Shown: one piece after another, positions 1-8,528 of the stretch | Layout: the number at the start of each line of letters is the position of its first letter | Numbering within the stretch: position 1 is the stretch's first letter | Virus record (IMG/VR): IMGVR_UViG_3300028888_000003 | Reading direction: 5' to 3' (one strand) | DNA from: a virus | Taxonomy: Duplodnaviria > Heunggongvirae > Uroviricota > Caudoviricetes | DNA length: 27,706 nt | Notes under the pieces: generated by a model | The model's input: only the letters and a program-made list of their open reading frames with translations | The model's database searches: none | Told to the model about the DNA's origin: nothing | Made by a program: the position numbers and the translations under genes

Positions 1-731
1 TCTCGCGGATTCTATTCACCGTAAGTATCTAATAATCTTCCAAAAGAAGTTCCGTCTTGTAATTCCGTTTCACCAAAAACACTCAACTTCTTTCTTTCTT
101 CTGGATGGTCAGGATCGCCTACGTTTACACCACCCTTAACTGTAAGTGGCTACGAATCATCGTCTAGTCTACGATCGTGTATATCAAGAATTAACGGTTC
201 TTCACCTTTTGCTTCTCTATTTTCGCCAGAAAAAGCATATACCCAATCATTATGAATAGTACCACTTGAATACAAGATGCCACGAATTACAGAGTTATAT
301 TGTTCTTTAGTAATTAATCCATAAGTAAGCCATTTTCTAACTTTAGCTTCAAAATTCTACTCATCAGGTAAAGAATTGTCCTCACCAAAATTATAATTTA
401 CATCTGTTTGTGACAATCTTAAACCATCATTAATTTTTAATACCATGTGGTTATTGTCTAATGAATCTACATATTTTGGCACACAAAGCTTTGATTTAGG
501 CGTAATAACATTATTCTCATTATCTTCAGTACTAATATATCCACCAGCTAAATAATGTGATTTAACCCTACCATTCTATCGCGTATAATCACATAAAGCT
601 TTCCATGCAGCATCGGCCTATTCTTGAGTTATATAAAGCACAAGATTATTAGGAAGTACTATTATTCCCTAATTATCATATGTTAAATTTAAATCTAGCC
701 TTTGCTGATAAATTTCATTACCCATACGCAT
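1..731 (-). CDS. Hypothetical protein, probably virion/tail-associated (runs off the window); TAG read as Gln
   Basis: ATG at 731 after GGAGGTAAG. The frame stays open for 243 codons with no TAA/TGA but 6 in-frame TAG (MRMGNEIYQQRLDLNLTYDN[Q]GIIVLP...). The structural role is inferred from operon context only. Confidence 0.8.
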
Positions 732-752
732 CTTACCTCCTTATAAAAGATT

Positions 753-820
753 GCCCCAGAGTGACTCGCGCGGCAGGCTCTTGCCTCCGAGCTCACAGTT
801 GTCTGCTGCCACAATGGGGC
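753..820 (-). other. GC-rich intergenic structured element (possible cis-regulatory RNA or terminator)
   Basis: Ends pair (GCCCCA/UGGGGC). Internal stems are UUGU/ACAA, GUGA-CUCG/CGAG-UCAC and AGGC/GCCU. It sits between a TAA (826) and the next RBS (736-740). Confidence 0.5.
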
Positions 821-825
821 TTATA

Positions 826-1038
826 TTATTCCTCTTCAGGTGACGACTCTATATCCACAATTTCCCAAACCAAATCTTTATCTCTAAGATAAGCCGCTTG
901 ATTTTCTCCAACTTGTGGTGCTTTAGCTAAAGCCGCACTAATTTTTCTATATTCACTTTTAGTGATCGGAATACCGCAATCGCAGTTAAAGCCGATACCA
1001 AGAATATATCCATTATAAACAATTTTATATCTCTGCAT
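826..1038 (-). CDS. Small hypothetical protein (70 aa), possibly tail-fibre associated
   Basis: ORF track; RBS GGAGGTAAG upstream; ends in TAA. Confidence 0.75.
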   Translation of the reverse strand: MQRYKIVYNGYILGIGFNCDCGIPITKSEYRKISAALAKAPQVGENQAAYLRDKDLVWEIVDIESSPEEE

Positions 1039-1051
1039 TTAACTTACCTCC

Positions 1052-2794
1052 TCAAGTCTACATAATATAGTAAATATTTGCTGAACCAGTTTCTGGTAAT
1101 TCTTCTACTGTTCTAATTATTCCGCCTACTGGAACTTCATGTTTAGGCATTGTTTTCCAAACGAATGCTTCTAAATCTTCATCATAAGTATAATAATATA
1201 CCATTTGATATAAGATAACTCTAATTAGATATTTACCAGCGGCAAGTTTTGCATTTGAAGTTGGCGCCGAAGTATTATAAAAATTATTTGTAGCACTATC
1301 ACGATAGAAAAATGCACCATTTTTTCTTATACCATCAATTAAACCCGTACAAGCAAAACTTTCTGTAGTGTTAAACAAACATCTTGAAACATAAACAACA
1401 GTTTTTTCACGCTCTTTTTCTTCTGCTGTCATTCTTAATCTTCGTGCATCTTCAAGAGCCTAAATTGTATCAAAAATACCTGAACCACTAACTACAGAAG
1501 AAACTTCAATTAAGTCAAAACCACCATTTCTATATTCATTAACTTCTGCTTCAAGTTCTTCAATATAATCAAGCAGATCATCAATTGTAATAATTAATTT
1601 CTAATCATCGGTTAAATCTTCCCAATCAAGCTCTTCTTCATCCATTAATGTGTAAATTTCTTCTGCCTTATCATCAAAATACTGATCGGCTGATTCACGG
1701 CTTTCTGTAAAAGTATAAACTGTATATTCATTATATTCTACATCTGCTGGATCGCCTTCAGTAGGCTAGAAATCTATTTCATCTTCTTCAGTATAAATTG
1801 AAGGATCGATTTCTTCTTCTTTAATCAATTTCCATTCACCATCTACTACTACATAGTAGTATGTTTCTGGATCTTCTTCATCTGTATAAACAGCAACTTC
1901 ATGAATAATTTTTTTAATTCGCTTTATTAAATCTTCAAATTCGTTTTTTAAATTGATTATATCAGCTACATCTTCAACAACATCATCTAAAGACTACGAA
2001 GGTCGATCTAATTTATATACAACATCATCAGAATATCCTTCTGTTGGAACATTCTCTTCAATTGGATTAACTGAAATATCTACAATAGTAGCTTCTTCAA
2101 GCTCTTCTGGTGTGGGATATATTTGCACCCACTCATCATCTTCTACTACGAAATAATAAGGATAACCTGGATTAACAAGATCTTCAAGAATATCTTTATT
2201 TTCTTCAATATTCTCAATTAAGTCTGAAGGGGAATCACCTGTAGGTTGAGTAGGATCGCCATCGACAATATCATCTATTCTATCAATTAAATCCTTAATT
2301 TCATCAATTACGTCATTAATTGGTTGATCTTCTTCTTCGTCATTCGGATCAACTATATCATTAATTTCATCCTAGACATCTTCAATTTTATTTTCTATTT
2401 CTGTGACCGGACCATTATCCAATATATAAATTGTTCCTTCTTCATATCCTTCTGTTGGAACTTCGTCTTCTACTGGATCTACGTCAATTAGCTCTGTAGT
2501 AGCTTCTTCTAATTCTTCAGGCGTTGGATAAATTTCTATCCACTCATCATCTTCTATTGTAAAATATCTATGCTCTGCCGAATCATTATCGCCAATTATA
2601 TCACTTAATCTTTCTAAAATAGTTTTTAATTGAGTTAAATTGGCTACATAGTCCTTAGTCCATTCATAAGCATACTTATTAGTATAATTATCAGAACCAA
2701 ACTGCGGCTAACCCATCAAAACCTTAATAGCATTAGCAATTGCAGTATATTCTTCCACTTTAGCTTTGTAATAATCGCCGCTTTTAATTGCCAT
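1052..2794 (-). CDS. 580-aa highly acidic repeat protein, putative structural protein; TAG read as Gln
   Basis: ATG at 2794 with RBS AAGGGGG. Single frame with 7 TAG (2710, 2374, 1996, 1768, 1603, 1462, 1060), ending at TGA 1052-1054. Includes track ORF 1058..1432 as its C-terminus. Internal repeat EDDEW..IYPTPEELEEAT...VPTEGY. Confidence 0.88.
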
Positions 2795-3066
2795 TAGAAT
2801 CTACCCCCTTCTTTATGAACCTCTGAAGCTAAGGGTATTTTTTCGGTTACTTTTATAATTGTGGTTCCGCCACCACCACCACTAGATAATATACACCAAT
2901 CAGACTCGCCCTTTTCCCAAGTAGCCTATTCCTCAATTACTAAACAAGTACTACCAATAGGAATAGCGGTATTTTCTTTTAATTCTTCAAAATCTTCATT
3001 AGTATCACATATATAATGCTAAGCGGGAATATTATATGAATTTCCTACCTTGCTAAGATACACCAT
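2794..3066 (-). CDS. 90-aa hypothetical protein (MVYLSKVGNSYNIPA[Q]HYICDTNEDF...), putative structural protein
   Basis: RBS GGAGGC; 2 in-frame TAG; its TAA stop overlaps the next ATG (TAATG coupling). Confidence 0.8.
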
Positions 3067-3101
3067 ATTATCGCCTCCATTTGGCATTATTCTTACTATA
3101 C

Positions 3102-3130
3102 TAAGTAAACTTTTCAATCTGCGGGTACAA
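3102..3130 (-). promoter_or_regulatory. Candidate phage-specific (late) promoter TTGTA-N18-TACTTA
   Basis: Same two boxes and 18-nt spacing as 7862-7890; lies 35 nt upstream of the ATG at 3066. Confidence 0.45.
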
Positions 3131-3422
3131 TATTTTGATTTAAAACTATCTCCAATCGCTTATCCAATTCAACGGCCAATTTTTCTAATAAATTTTTATT
3201 AGTAAATATAAGGTGCGGCACAGCAGTTTTCTTTCCTATTATTTTAGCTCCATAATAGTCTCTACAATAACGAAGATAGTCTACATAGTCAATTTGGAGC
3301 AGTCGCGCGCCAAGTATGCCCATATGGCCCGATAATTGTCCCCAACCATATTCGTTTATTTTAAAAAAGAGAAGATAAGTTCCTTCATAATAGGGATTTT
3401 CATCTATATATAAATATTTCAT
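3114..3422 (-). CDS. Hypothetical protein (102 aa)
   Basis: ORF track; ATGA overlap with the upstream HTH gene; TGA stop. Confidence 0.75.
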   Translation of the reverse strand: MKYLYIDENPYYEGTYLLFFKINEYGWGQLSGHMGILGARLLQIDYVDYLRYCRDYYGAKIIGKKTAVPHLIFTNKNLLEKLAVELDKRLEIVLNQNIVPAD

Positions 3423-3706
3423 ATTAAAATTTCCTTTCTTAAATTAATTAATTTTTCTTTTTCTTCGTCAGTTAAATAGAATAATTCTTTTTTTGTTAAT
3501 ATGTTGAACTGCGCGACCTCGAAAGACGATGGTGATATGGTCGTCTTGGGAATATCAACGACAATATCTTCAAAGTCTGGATCTACATATTTTTTAACAG
3601 TACCTGGCGATATACCAAGCTCGCGCGCAACAGCAGCGTAAGTCTTTTTGGCTTTATAAAGTCGATTAATTTCTATTATTTTATCAGCAGTAATTTTAGT
3701 AGCCAT
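3419..3706 (-). CDS. Helix-turn-helix DNA-binding protein
   Basis: TYAAVARELGISPGTVKKYV is a typical HTH pattern; RBS AAAGGA; directly downstream of sigmaA-type promoters. Confidence 0.8.
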   Translation of the reverse strand: MATKITADKIIEINRLYKAKKTYAAVARELGISPGTVKKYVDPDFEDIVVDIPKTTISPSSFEVAQFNILTKKELFYLTDEEKEKLINLRKEILI

Positions 3707-3738
3707 TTTACAATTCCTTTCAATTCATTTCTATAAAT

Positions 3739-3767
3739 ATTATATAATAAATTAAAAATTTTTTCAA
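3739..3767 (-). promoter_or_regulatory. sigmaA/sigma70-type promoter
   Basis: TTGAAA-N17-TATAAT followed by ATTTATAGAAAT. Confidence 0.8.
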
Positions 3768-3830
3768 GTTTTATTAGTATATTTTATTTTTATTTTTTCC
3801 TTACTTATTGCGCACGCACACATGTGCGCG

Positions 3831-3859
3831 ATTATAACAAAAATTTAATAAAATTTCAA
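3831..3859 (-). promoter_or_regulatory. sigmaA/sigma70-type promoter (tandem upstream copy)
   Basis: TTGAAA-N17-TATAAT with TG extension; followed by a GC hairpin. Confidence 0.7.
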
Positions 3860-3889
3860 ATTTTCTAATGGTCGTAGCAAAATTAAAAC

Positions 3890-3918
3890 TTGAAATTTTT
3901 TAAAAATTATAGTATAAT
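3890..3918 (+). promoter_or_regulatory. sigmaA/sigma70-type promoter (divergent)
   Basis: TTGAAA-N17-TATAAT followed by ATTTATAGAAAT; RBS GGAGGT before 3951. Confidence 0.82.
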
Positions 3919-3950
3919 ATTTATAGAAATAATAAGATTGGAGGTGTATT

Positions 3951-4415
3951 ATGAAAGCAATTATTCCAGAAGTAGAGCAATTTAAACTTTATGACAAAGC
4001 AATTGCTAAAGACATAGAAGCAATCGCAGAACTTGCAAAATTTAATAAAGAGCATAGTGCTATGCATATTGGTATGGTTTATAATAACAGTGTTAAAACT
4101 CAATATCTTTTTCAGTTAATGAAGATTTATAATAGTTGCGTTAAGGGCTGTGTTGTCATTTATGTTGAAGCCAATAGAAAGAACTTTAAGCGATTAAAAA
4201 AAGAAAATCCTTCAATTAATTTAAAAAGGATTAATCTGTTTAATAAACCTAAAACATTATATGTAGTAGATCCCAAGTATTTAGAAACTTTAAATAAGGA
4301 TAATTTTTCAAAAGAAAGATTTTATACAGATGAATTGATTTTTGATATTTGGTATGCTTACTACGAACCTAAAATTGAAGAGGAAGTATTAGATGAAATA
4401 TCAGATTTACTGTGA
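3951..4415 (+). CDS. Hypothetical protein (154 aa)
   Basis: ORF track; strong RBS; TGA stop. Confidence 0.8.
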   Translation: MKAIIPEVEQFKLYDKAIAKDIEAIAELAKFNKEHSAMHIGMVYNNSVKTQYLFQLMKIYNSCVKGCVVIYVEANRKNFKRLKKENPSINLKRINLFNKPKTLYVVDPKYLETLNKDNFSKERFYTDELIFDIWYAYYEPKIEEEVLDEISDLL

Positions 4416-4839
4416 TGGTAGTTGCAAGATGAATGGTCGGGATGACGCTCGCGCACACTACGCATATGTCATATTAGATGAGAATGACGTACTTCTGCGC
4501 GAGCGCCATGGAGATTGCGATAAAAATACAAACAATGTTGCAGAAATGACGGCTATGCTTAAAGGCCTTGAAGATTGGAAAGAAAATTTTGGAAACTCTG
4601 TAATTGTTTATACTGACAGTGCATATATTAGTAATGCTTATAATCAACGTTGGATTGATAAGTGGGAAGTTAACGGGTGGATGACTGCTAATAGAACTCC
4701 CGTTAAAAATAAAGAATTGTGGATTGAACTCCAGAAATTTTTTAAAAATAGTAATGTGCAAATTGTGAAGGTTAAAGGTCATCAAGGCGTGATCTGGAAC
4801 GAATATGTTGATAAAATTGCTCAAGGAGGTGGTTTTTAA
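4393..4839 (+). CDS. rnhA: Ribonuclease HI
   Basis: YCDGS, TNNVAEMTA, VYTDSAY, WEVNGW...PVKNKELW and KVKGHQG..NEYVD motifs. Confidence 0.95.
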   Translation: MKYQIYCDGSCKMNGRDDARAHYAYVILDENDVLLRERHGDCDKNTNNVAEMTAMLKGLEDWKENFGNSVIVYTDSAYISNAYNQRWIDKWEVNGWMTANRTPVKNKELWIELQKFFKNSNVQIVKVKGHQGVIWNEYVDKIAQGGGF

Positions 4840-5387
4840 TGGATGGTGTTAATGTAGTAATAGTTAATGGCTATCCTCGCTAACGTGCGGGAAAAGATAC
4901 TTTTGTAACTTTTTGTCTTTGGGAGTTAAAAGAATATGGTTATGCAATTTCAACGGTAGATTCTATAAAAGAAATTGCATATAAAGCCGGTTGGGATGGT
5001 GAAAAGACACTAGAAGCAAGAAAAGCCTTAAGTGATCTTAAAGATATATTTAGTAAGTGGCTTGATTTGTCTTATAATGATGTTAAAAGAAAAATTAGAG
5101 TAATTGAAACAAATGCTAATTCATATGGATTAGATCCAAATCAATTCTTTTTGTTCGTACACTCGCGCGAGCCTGAAGAAATTAAACGATTTGTAGAAGA
5201 CTTTAATGCTATCACCGTTTTTATCGACCGCGCGCAGAACGACGTAGAATACTCAAATCATGCAGATGAAAAAGTAAAAAATTATGAATATGATTTTATC
5301 ATATCAAATGATAGTAGTTTAAGTCAATTACAAACAAATGCTAGGCTATTTTTAGCACAAATTAAAAATGAAAGAGGTATAAAATAA
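4839..5387 (+). CDS. Deoxynucleoside-monophosphate-kinase-like P-loop protein with an in-frame TAA at 4881-4883 (recoded gene or pseudogene)
   Basis: ATG overlaps the rnhA stop. MDGVNVVIVNGYPR*RAGKDTF continues in frame through STVDSIKEIAYKAGWDGEK, HSREPEEI and SNHADE...YDFIISND into track ORF 5067..5387. Confidence 0.8.
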
Positions 5388-5409
5388 ATTTTAAATTTGG
5401 ATGGATTTT

Positions 5410-5438
5410 CTATATTATCCATATAAATTTATTACTTA
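5410..5438 (+). promoter_or_regulatory. Candidate phage-specific promoter CTATA-N18-TACTTA
   Basis: TACTTA at 5433-5438, 16 nt before ATG 5455; the upstream box is a weaker match. Confidence 0.35.
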
Positions 5439-5454
5439 TATATGGGTGATGAAA

Positions 5455-6345
5455 ATGAGTAAAAAAATAGATATGACAAATTGGATAATGAAAGAACATG
5501 GGGTTCCAGATAGTAAGTGGACAGTTATAGATTATGCTGGAAATAGTAAATGGAATTGTGTTTGCGAATGTGGAACCCATAAAGCAGTTGCAGGTGTAAC
5601 TTTACGAAACGGTACTAGTAAAAGTTGTGGTTGTGATAGAGTAGCACCAAATTTAAAAAATGAAATTGGAAATAGATACGGCAGATTAGTTGTTTTACGC
5701 GAAGATGGGTTATCAAATGACAAACATAAGAAATGGATTTGTCGTTGTGACTGTGGAAATGAAGTTAGTGTAATAGGTAAAAATTTAAGAGCGGGTTTAA
5801 CAACTTCTTGTGGTTGTTATAGAGCAGAAAAAAGAACAGAACATAATTTTAAAGACTTATTTAATTAGACTTTTGGAAAATTAACTGCTTTAGAATGTAT
5901 AGGTAAAAATCAAGATAATCAATTTGTATGGAAATGTTAGTGCGAATGCGGATCAATAGTAAATGTTGTTGCTCACTATTTACTGAATGGAAATACAACT
6001 TCGTGTGGATGTAATAAATCCAAAGGCGAACTTAAAATTAAAAATATATTATTAGAAAATAATATTGAATTTAAATAGCAATTTACTTTTGATAATTTAA
6101 AATATAAAAGCCCACTAAAATTTGATTTTGCTATTTTTAAAAATAATTAGCTTTTATGTTTAATAGAATACCAAGGCATTTAGCATTATGATGAAAATAA
6201 TTTATGGTTTTCTGAAGAAAATCAAGTTAGAGATACTTTAAAAAAAGATTATTGTGAACAAAATAATATTTTATTAATTGAAATTCCTTATTGGGATTAT
6301 GAAGATATAAATTTTAAATATTTAAAGGAGAAATGTAATTTATGA
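5455..6345 (+). CDS. Free-standing endonuclease (296 aa): three CxC-G...SCGC repeats plus C-terminal Vsr/DUF559-like PD-(D/E)XK domain; TAG read as Gln
   Basis: 5 in-frame TAG (5866, 5938, 6076, 6148, 6181) fall in WKC[Q]CECG and IEYQGI[Q]HY; FDFAI and IEIPYW motifs; TGA overlaps the ligase ATG. The start is chosen from the GGTGAT RBS. Confidence 0.88.
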
Positions 6346-7460
6346 CTTGTAATATAAATGGAATAGATTGGATTAATTGCGAACCAATGCGATACTGGTC
6401 TTATCCAAAATCTTATAAAGGAGACTACAAGACGGAAATAAAAAATTATATATTTAGTGGAAATTATTGCGGCGCGCTCAAGCGTGACGGATATTATCAG
6501 AGATGCTGCGTTGATGAAAATGGACAAGCATATATGATTTCAAGAAACAAGTCTGTATCGGGTGAAGCAATTAATAAAATAGAATGGGTTCCTCATCTTA
6601 AACCATACTTTGATTCTTTACCCCCTAAGACGGTTCTTCTTTGCGAAGTATATCTTCCCGGTAATGAAGGTTCAAAGAAAATTACTTCTCTTCTTGGTTG
6701 CTTAAAAGATAAATGTATCGCTCGTCAAGAAGCTGATCAAAAACTTCACCTTTATGTATTTGATGTAATGGTATCAGATGGCAAGGATTTAACAAAAGAA
6801 GGAATGTGGGATAGAGCTGATGAACTTGATTTACTTTCTCGCGCTTATCCTAATCCTTATGTAGAATATGCAACTTATTATGATGGTGCAGAACTTTGGG
6901 AAAAACTTAATGAGTATCTTGCTGCTGGTAATGAAGGTATGGTAATCCATCGTAAAGATTGCCCCGTTTATTTTAAAAGAACTCCCGCACGTCAAACAAT
7001 TAAGGTCAAAAAAGAAATAGCTAATACAATTGATTGTTTCTTTACAGGCCGCGCGACCCAACCTAAAAAAGAATATACTGGAAAAGAAATTGAAACTTGG
7101 CCCTATTGGATGAATGTGGTTGCTGAATTAAAGCTACCTATCGATCCTATGGCGAATTATTATAAAGACTATGTTGAAGGTGATCCAATTATACCAGTAA
7201 CTAAATCTTACTATAATAATTTTGCAGGTAGCCTTGAAATTGCAGTATTAAAAGACGGAAAAATATTCCCGATTGGACTTCTCAGTGGACTTACTGAAGA
7301 AATTAAAAAAGACCCAGAAAAATATAAAGGGCGTTGTATCGAGGTTAATGCGATGGAGTTAGATCCAGAAGCACATTCACTTAGACATGCAAAAATGATG
7401 CAATTTAGAGACGATCTTACAATTAAAGATTGCACTTATGAAAAAGTATTTGGTGATTGA
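6342..7460 (+). CDS. ATP-dependent DNA ligase
   Basis: Motif I ALKRDG, motif III CEVY, YVFDV, motif IV EGMVI, motif V IKVKK, C-terminal SLRHA. Confidence 0.9.
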   Translation: MTCNINGIDWINCEPMRYWSYPKSYKGDYKTEIKNYIFSGNYCGALKRDGYYQRCCVDENGQAYMISRNKSVSGEAINKIEWVPHLKPYFDSLPPKTVLLCEVYLPGNEGSKKITSLLGCLKDKCIARQEADQKLHLYVFDVMVSDGKDLTKEGMWDRADELDLLSRAYPNPYVEYATYYDGAELWEKLNEYLAAGNEGMVIHRKDCPVYFKRTPARQTIKVKKEIANTIDCFFTGRATQPKKEYTGKEIETWPYWMNVVAELKLPIDPMANYYKDYVEGDPIIPVTKSYYNNFAGSLEIAVLKDGKIFPIGLLSGLTEEIKKDPEKYKGRCIEVNAMELDPEAHSLRHAKMMQFRDDLTIKDCTYEKVFGD

Positions 7461-7461
7461 T

Positions 7462-7857
7462 ATGAGTGATTTAGAATTAAAAATTCTAAAAGTTCTATAG
7501 AAAGATAAAGTTAAATTTGAAAGAGAAAAAACCTACTCCGATTTACGTCGGGGTAGGTACCGTTTTGACTTTTTCTGCCCAGAAATTAAAGGCGGCGCGC
7601 TAATCGAAGTACAAGGGGAACAACATTATAAGCGTAATACTAAGTTTTTTAAAACCTTAAAGGATTTTACTGCCGCTCAAGAGCGCGACCGCAGAAAAAT
7701 TCAATATTGCCTTGCCCATCGAATCCCGTTATATTGTATTCCTTACTGGGAAGTTGAAAACATTAAATCTTCAAAAGATATATTTTAGGATAAATTTCGT
7801 GCAAAGACAAAATGGAAAAATGATGAAGATTGGAGAAATTTCCAAAAGAGTAATTAA
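7462..7857 (+). CDS. Vsr/DUF559-like PD-(D/E)XK endonuclease (131 aa); TAG read as Gln
   Basis: YRFDFF...IEVQGEQHY...DRRKIQYC...CIPYW; TAG at 7498 and 7786; TAA at 7855-7857. Confidence 0.85.
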
Positions 7858-7861
7858 TTTT

Positions 7862-7890
7862 TTGTATGGATACGGTCATTCTTTTACTTA
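7862..7890 (+). promoter_or_regulatory. Candidate phage-specific (late) promoter TTGTA-N18-TACTTA
   Basis: Intergenic; 22 nt before ATG 7913; same architecture as 3102-3130. Confidence 0.45.
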
Positions 7891-7912
7891 TTATTAAGCG
7901 GAGGTGGCCGAA

Positions 7913-8446
7913 ATGAGTTTTGTTGATTTTATCTAGCAGTACAAGCTATTAGAATATATATTAACTGGAGCTTTTGTTATAGGCATTTGTGTTATAATAC
8001 TTTTTTCTTCTCCGATAGAAAAATTAAAAGACTGGGGTCGAAAAAGATATAAAAGGAAAAGAAAATCTTAGCTGCTATTAATGCAAGAAGCTAATAAAGA
8101 ATTAGAAAAATAGCTTGAAAATTTTGTAAAAGAGCAGAAAGAATTTCATGATAGTTATATAGATGAATCAAGAGAATTTCATGCTTATGTTGAATCTAAT
8201 TTTGATGAAATTCATTATACTCTTGGCCAGCAAAAAGAAACATTAAAGTAGCTTGAACAATCTGATCAAGAGCAATTGCGTCAATTAATGGACGGTATTT
8301 ATTATAAATATGTGAATGAAAAAAGGATTCCACAGCATAAATTTGATCGTTATTAGGGATTATATAATAATTATAAAAAAGAAGGCGGTAATGGAAAATA
8401 TGATGCCTAGTGGAAAGAAGTGCAAAATTGGGAAAAATATGTATAA
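7913..8446 (+). CDS. Putative holin-like membrane protein (177 aa); TAG read as Gln
   Basis: RBS GGAGGTGG; hydrophobic YILTGAFVIGICVIILF segment; coiled coil; C-terminal Y..Y...GGNG pattern resembling putative Firmicutes-phage holins; 6 TAG (7934, 8069, 8111, 8249, 8354, 8408). Confidence 0.65.
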
Positions 8447-8485
8447 GAGAGGAAATTTGACTTTCCTCTCTTTTTATGTTATAAT
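8446..8485 (+). promoter_or_regulatory. Terminator-like hairpin overlapping a sigmaA promoter
   Basis: AGAGAGGAAA/TTTCCTCTCT stem with a T-run; TTGACT (8457)-N17-TATAAT (8480) with TG extension. Confidence 0.8.
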
Positions 8486-8528
8486 CTATATGTAAGGGAA
8501 AAGAATTATATATAGAGAGGTAATATAT

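Noticed and set aside
753-820. HDV-like/theta or hammerhead ribozyme, or DGR element
   Set aside because: The end-to-end pairing does not fit HDV topology, no hammerhead core or adjacent tRNA is present, and there is no reverse transcriptase or TR/VR pair in the window.
680-2156. Plus-strand track ORFs 680..892 and 1953..2156
   Set aside because: Antisense to well-supported recoded minus-strand genes.
5067-5387. Stand-alone 106-aa ORF starting at TTG
   Set aside because: It is the C-terminal part of the kinase frame starting at 4839; alone it lacks the P-loop and has no clear RBS.
7506-7522. AAAGTTAAATTTGA copy of the promoter-palindrome core
   Set aside because: Inside coding sequence, with no second arm and no -10 box at 17 nt.
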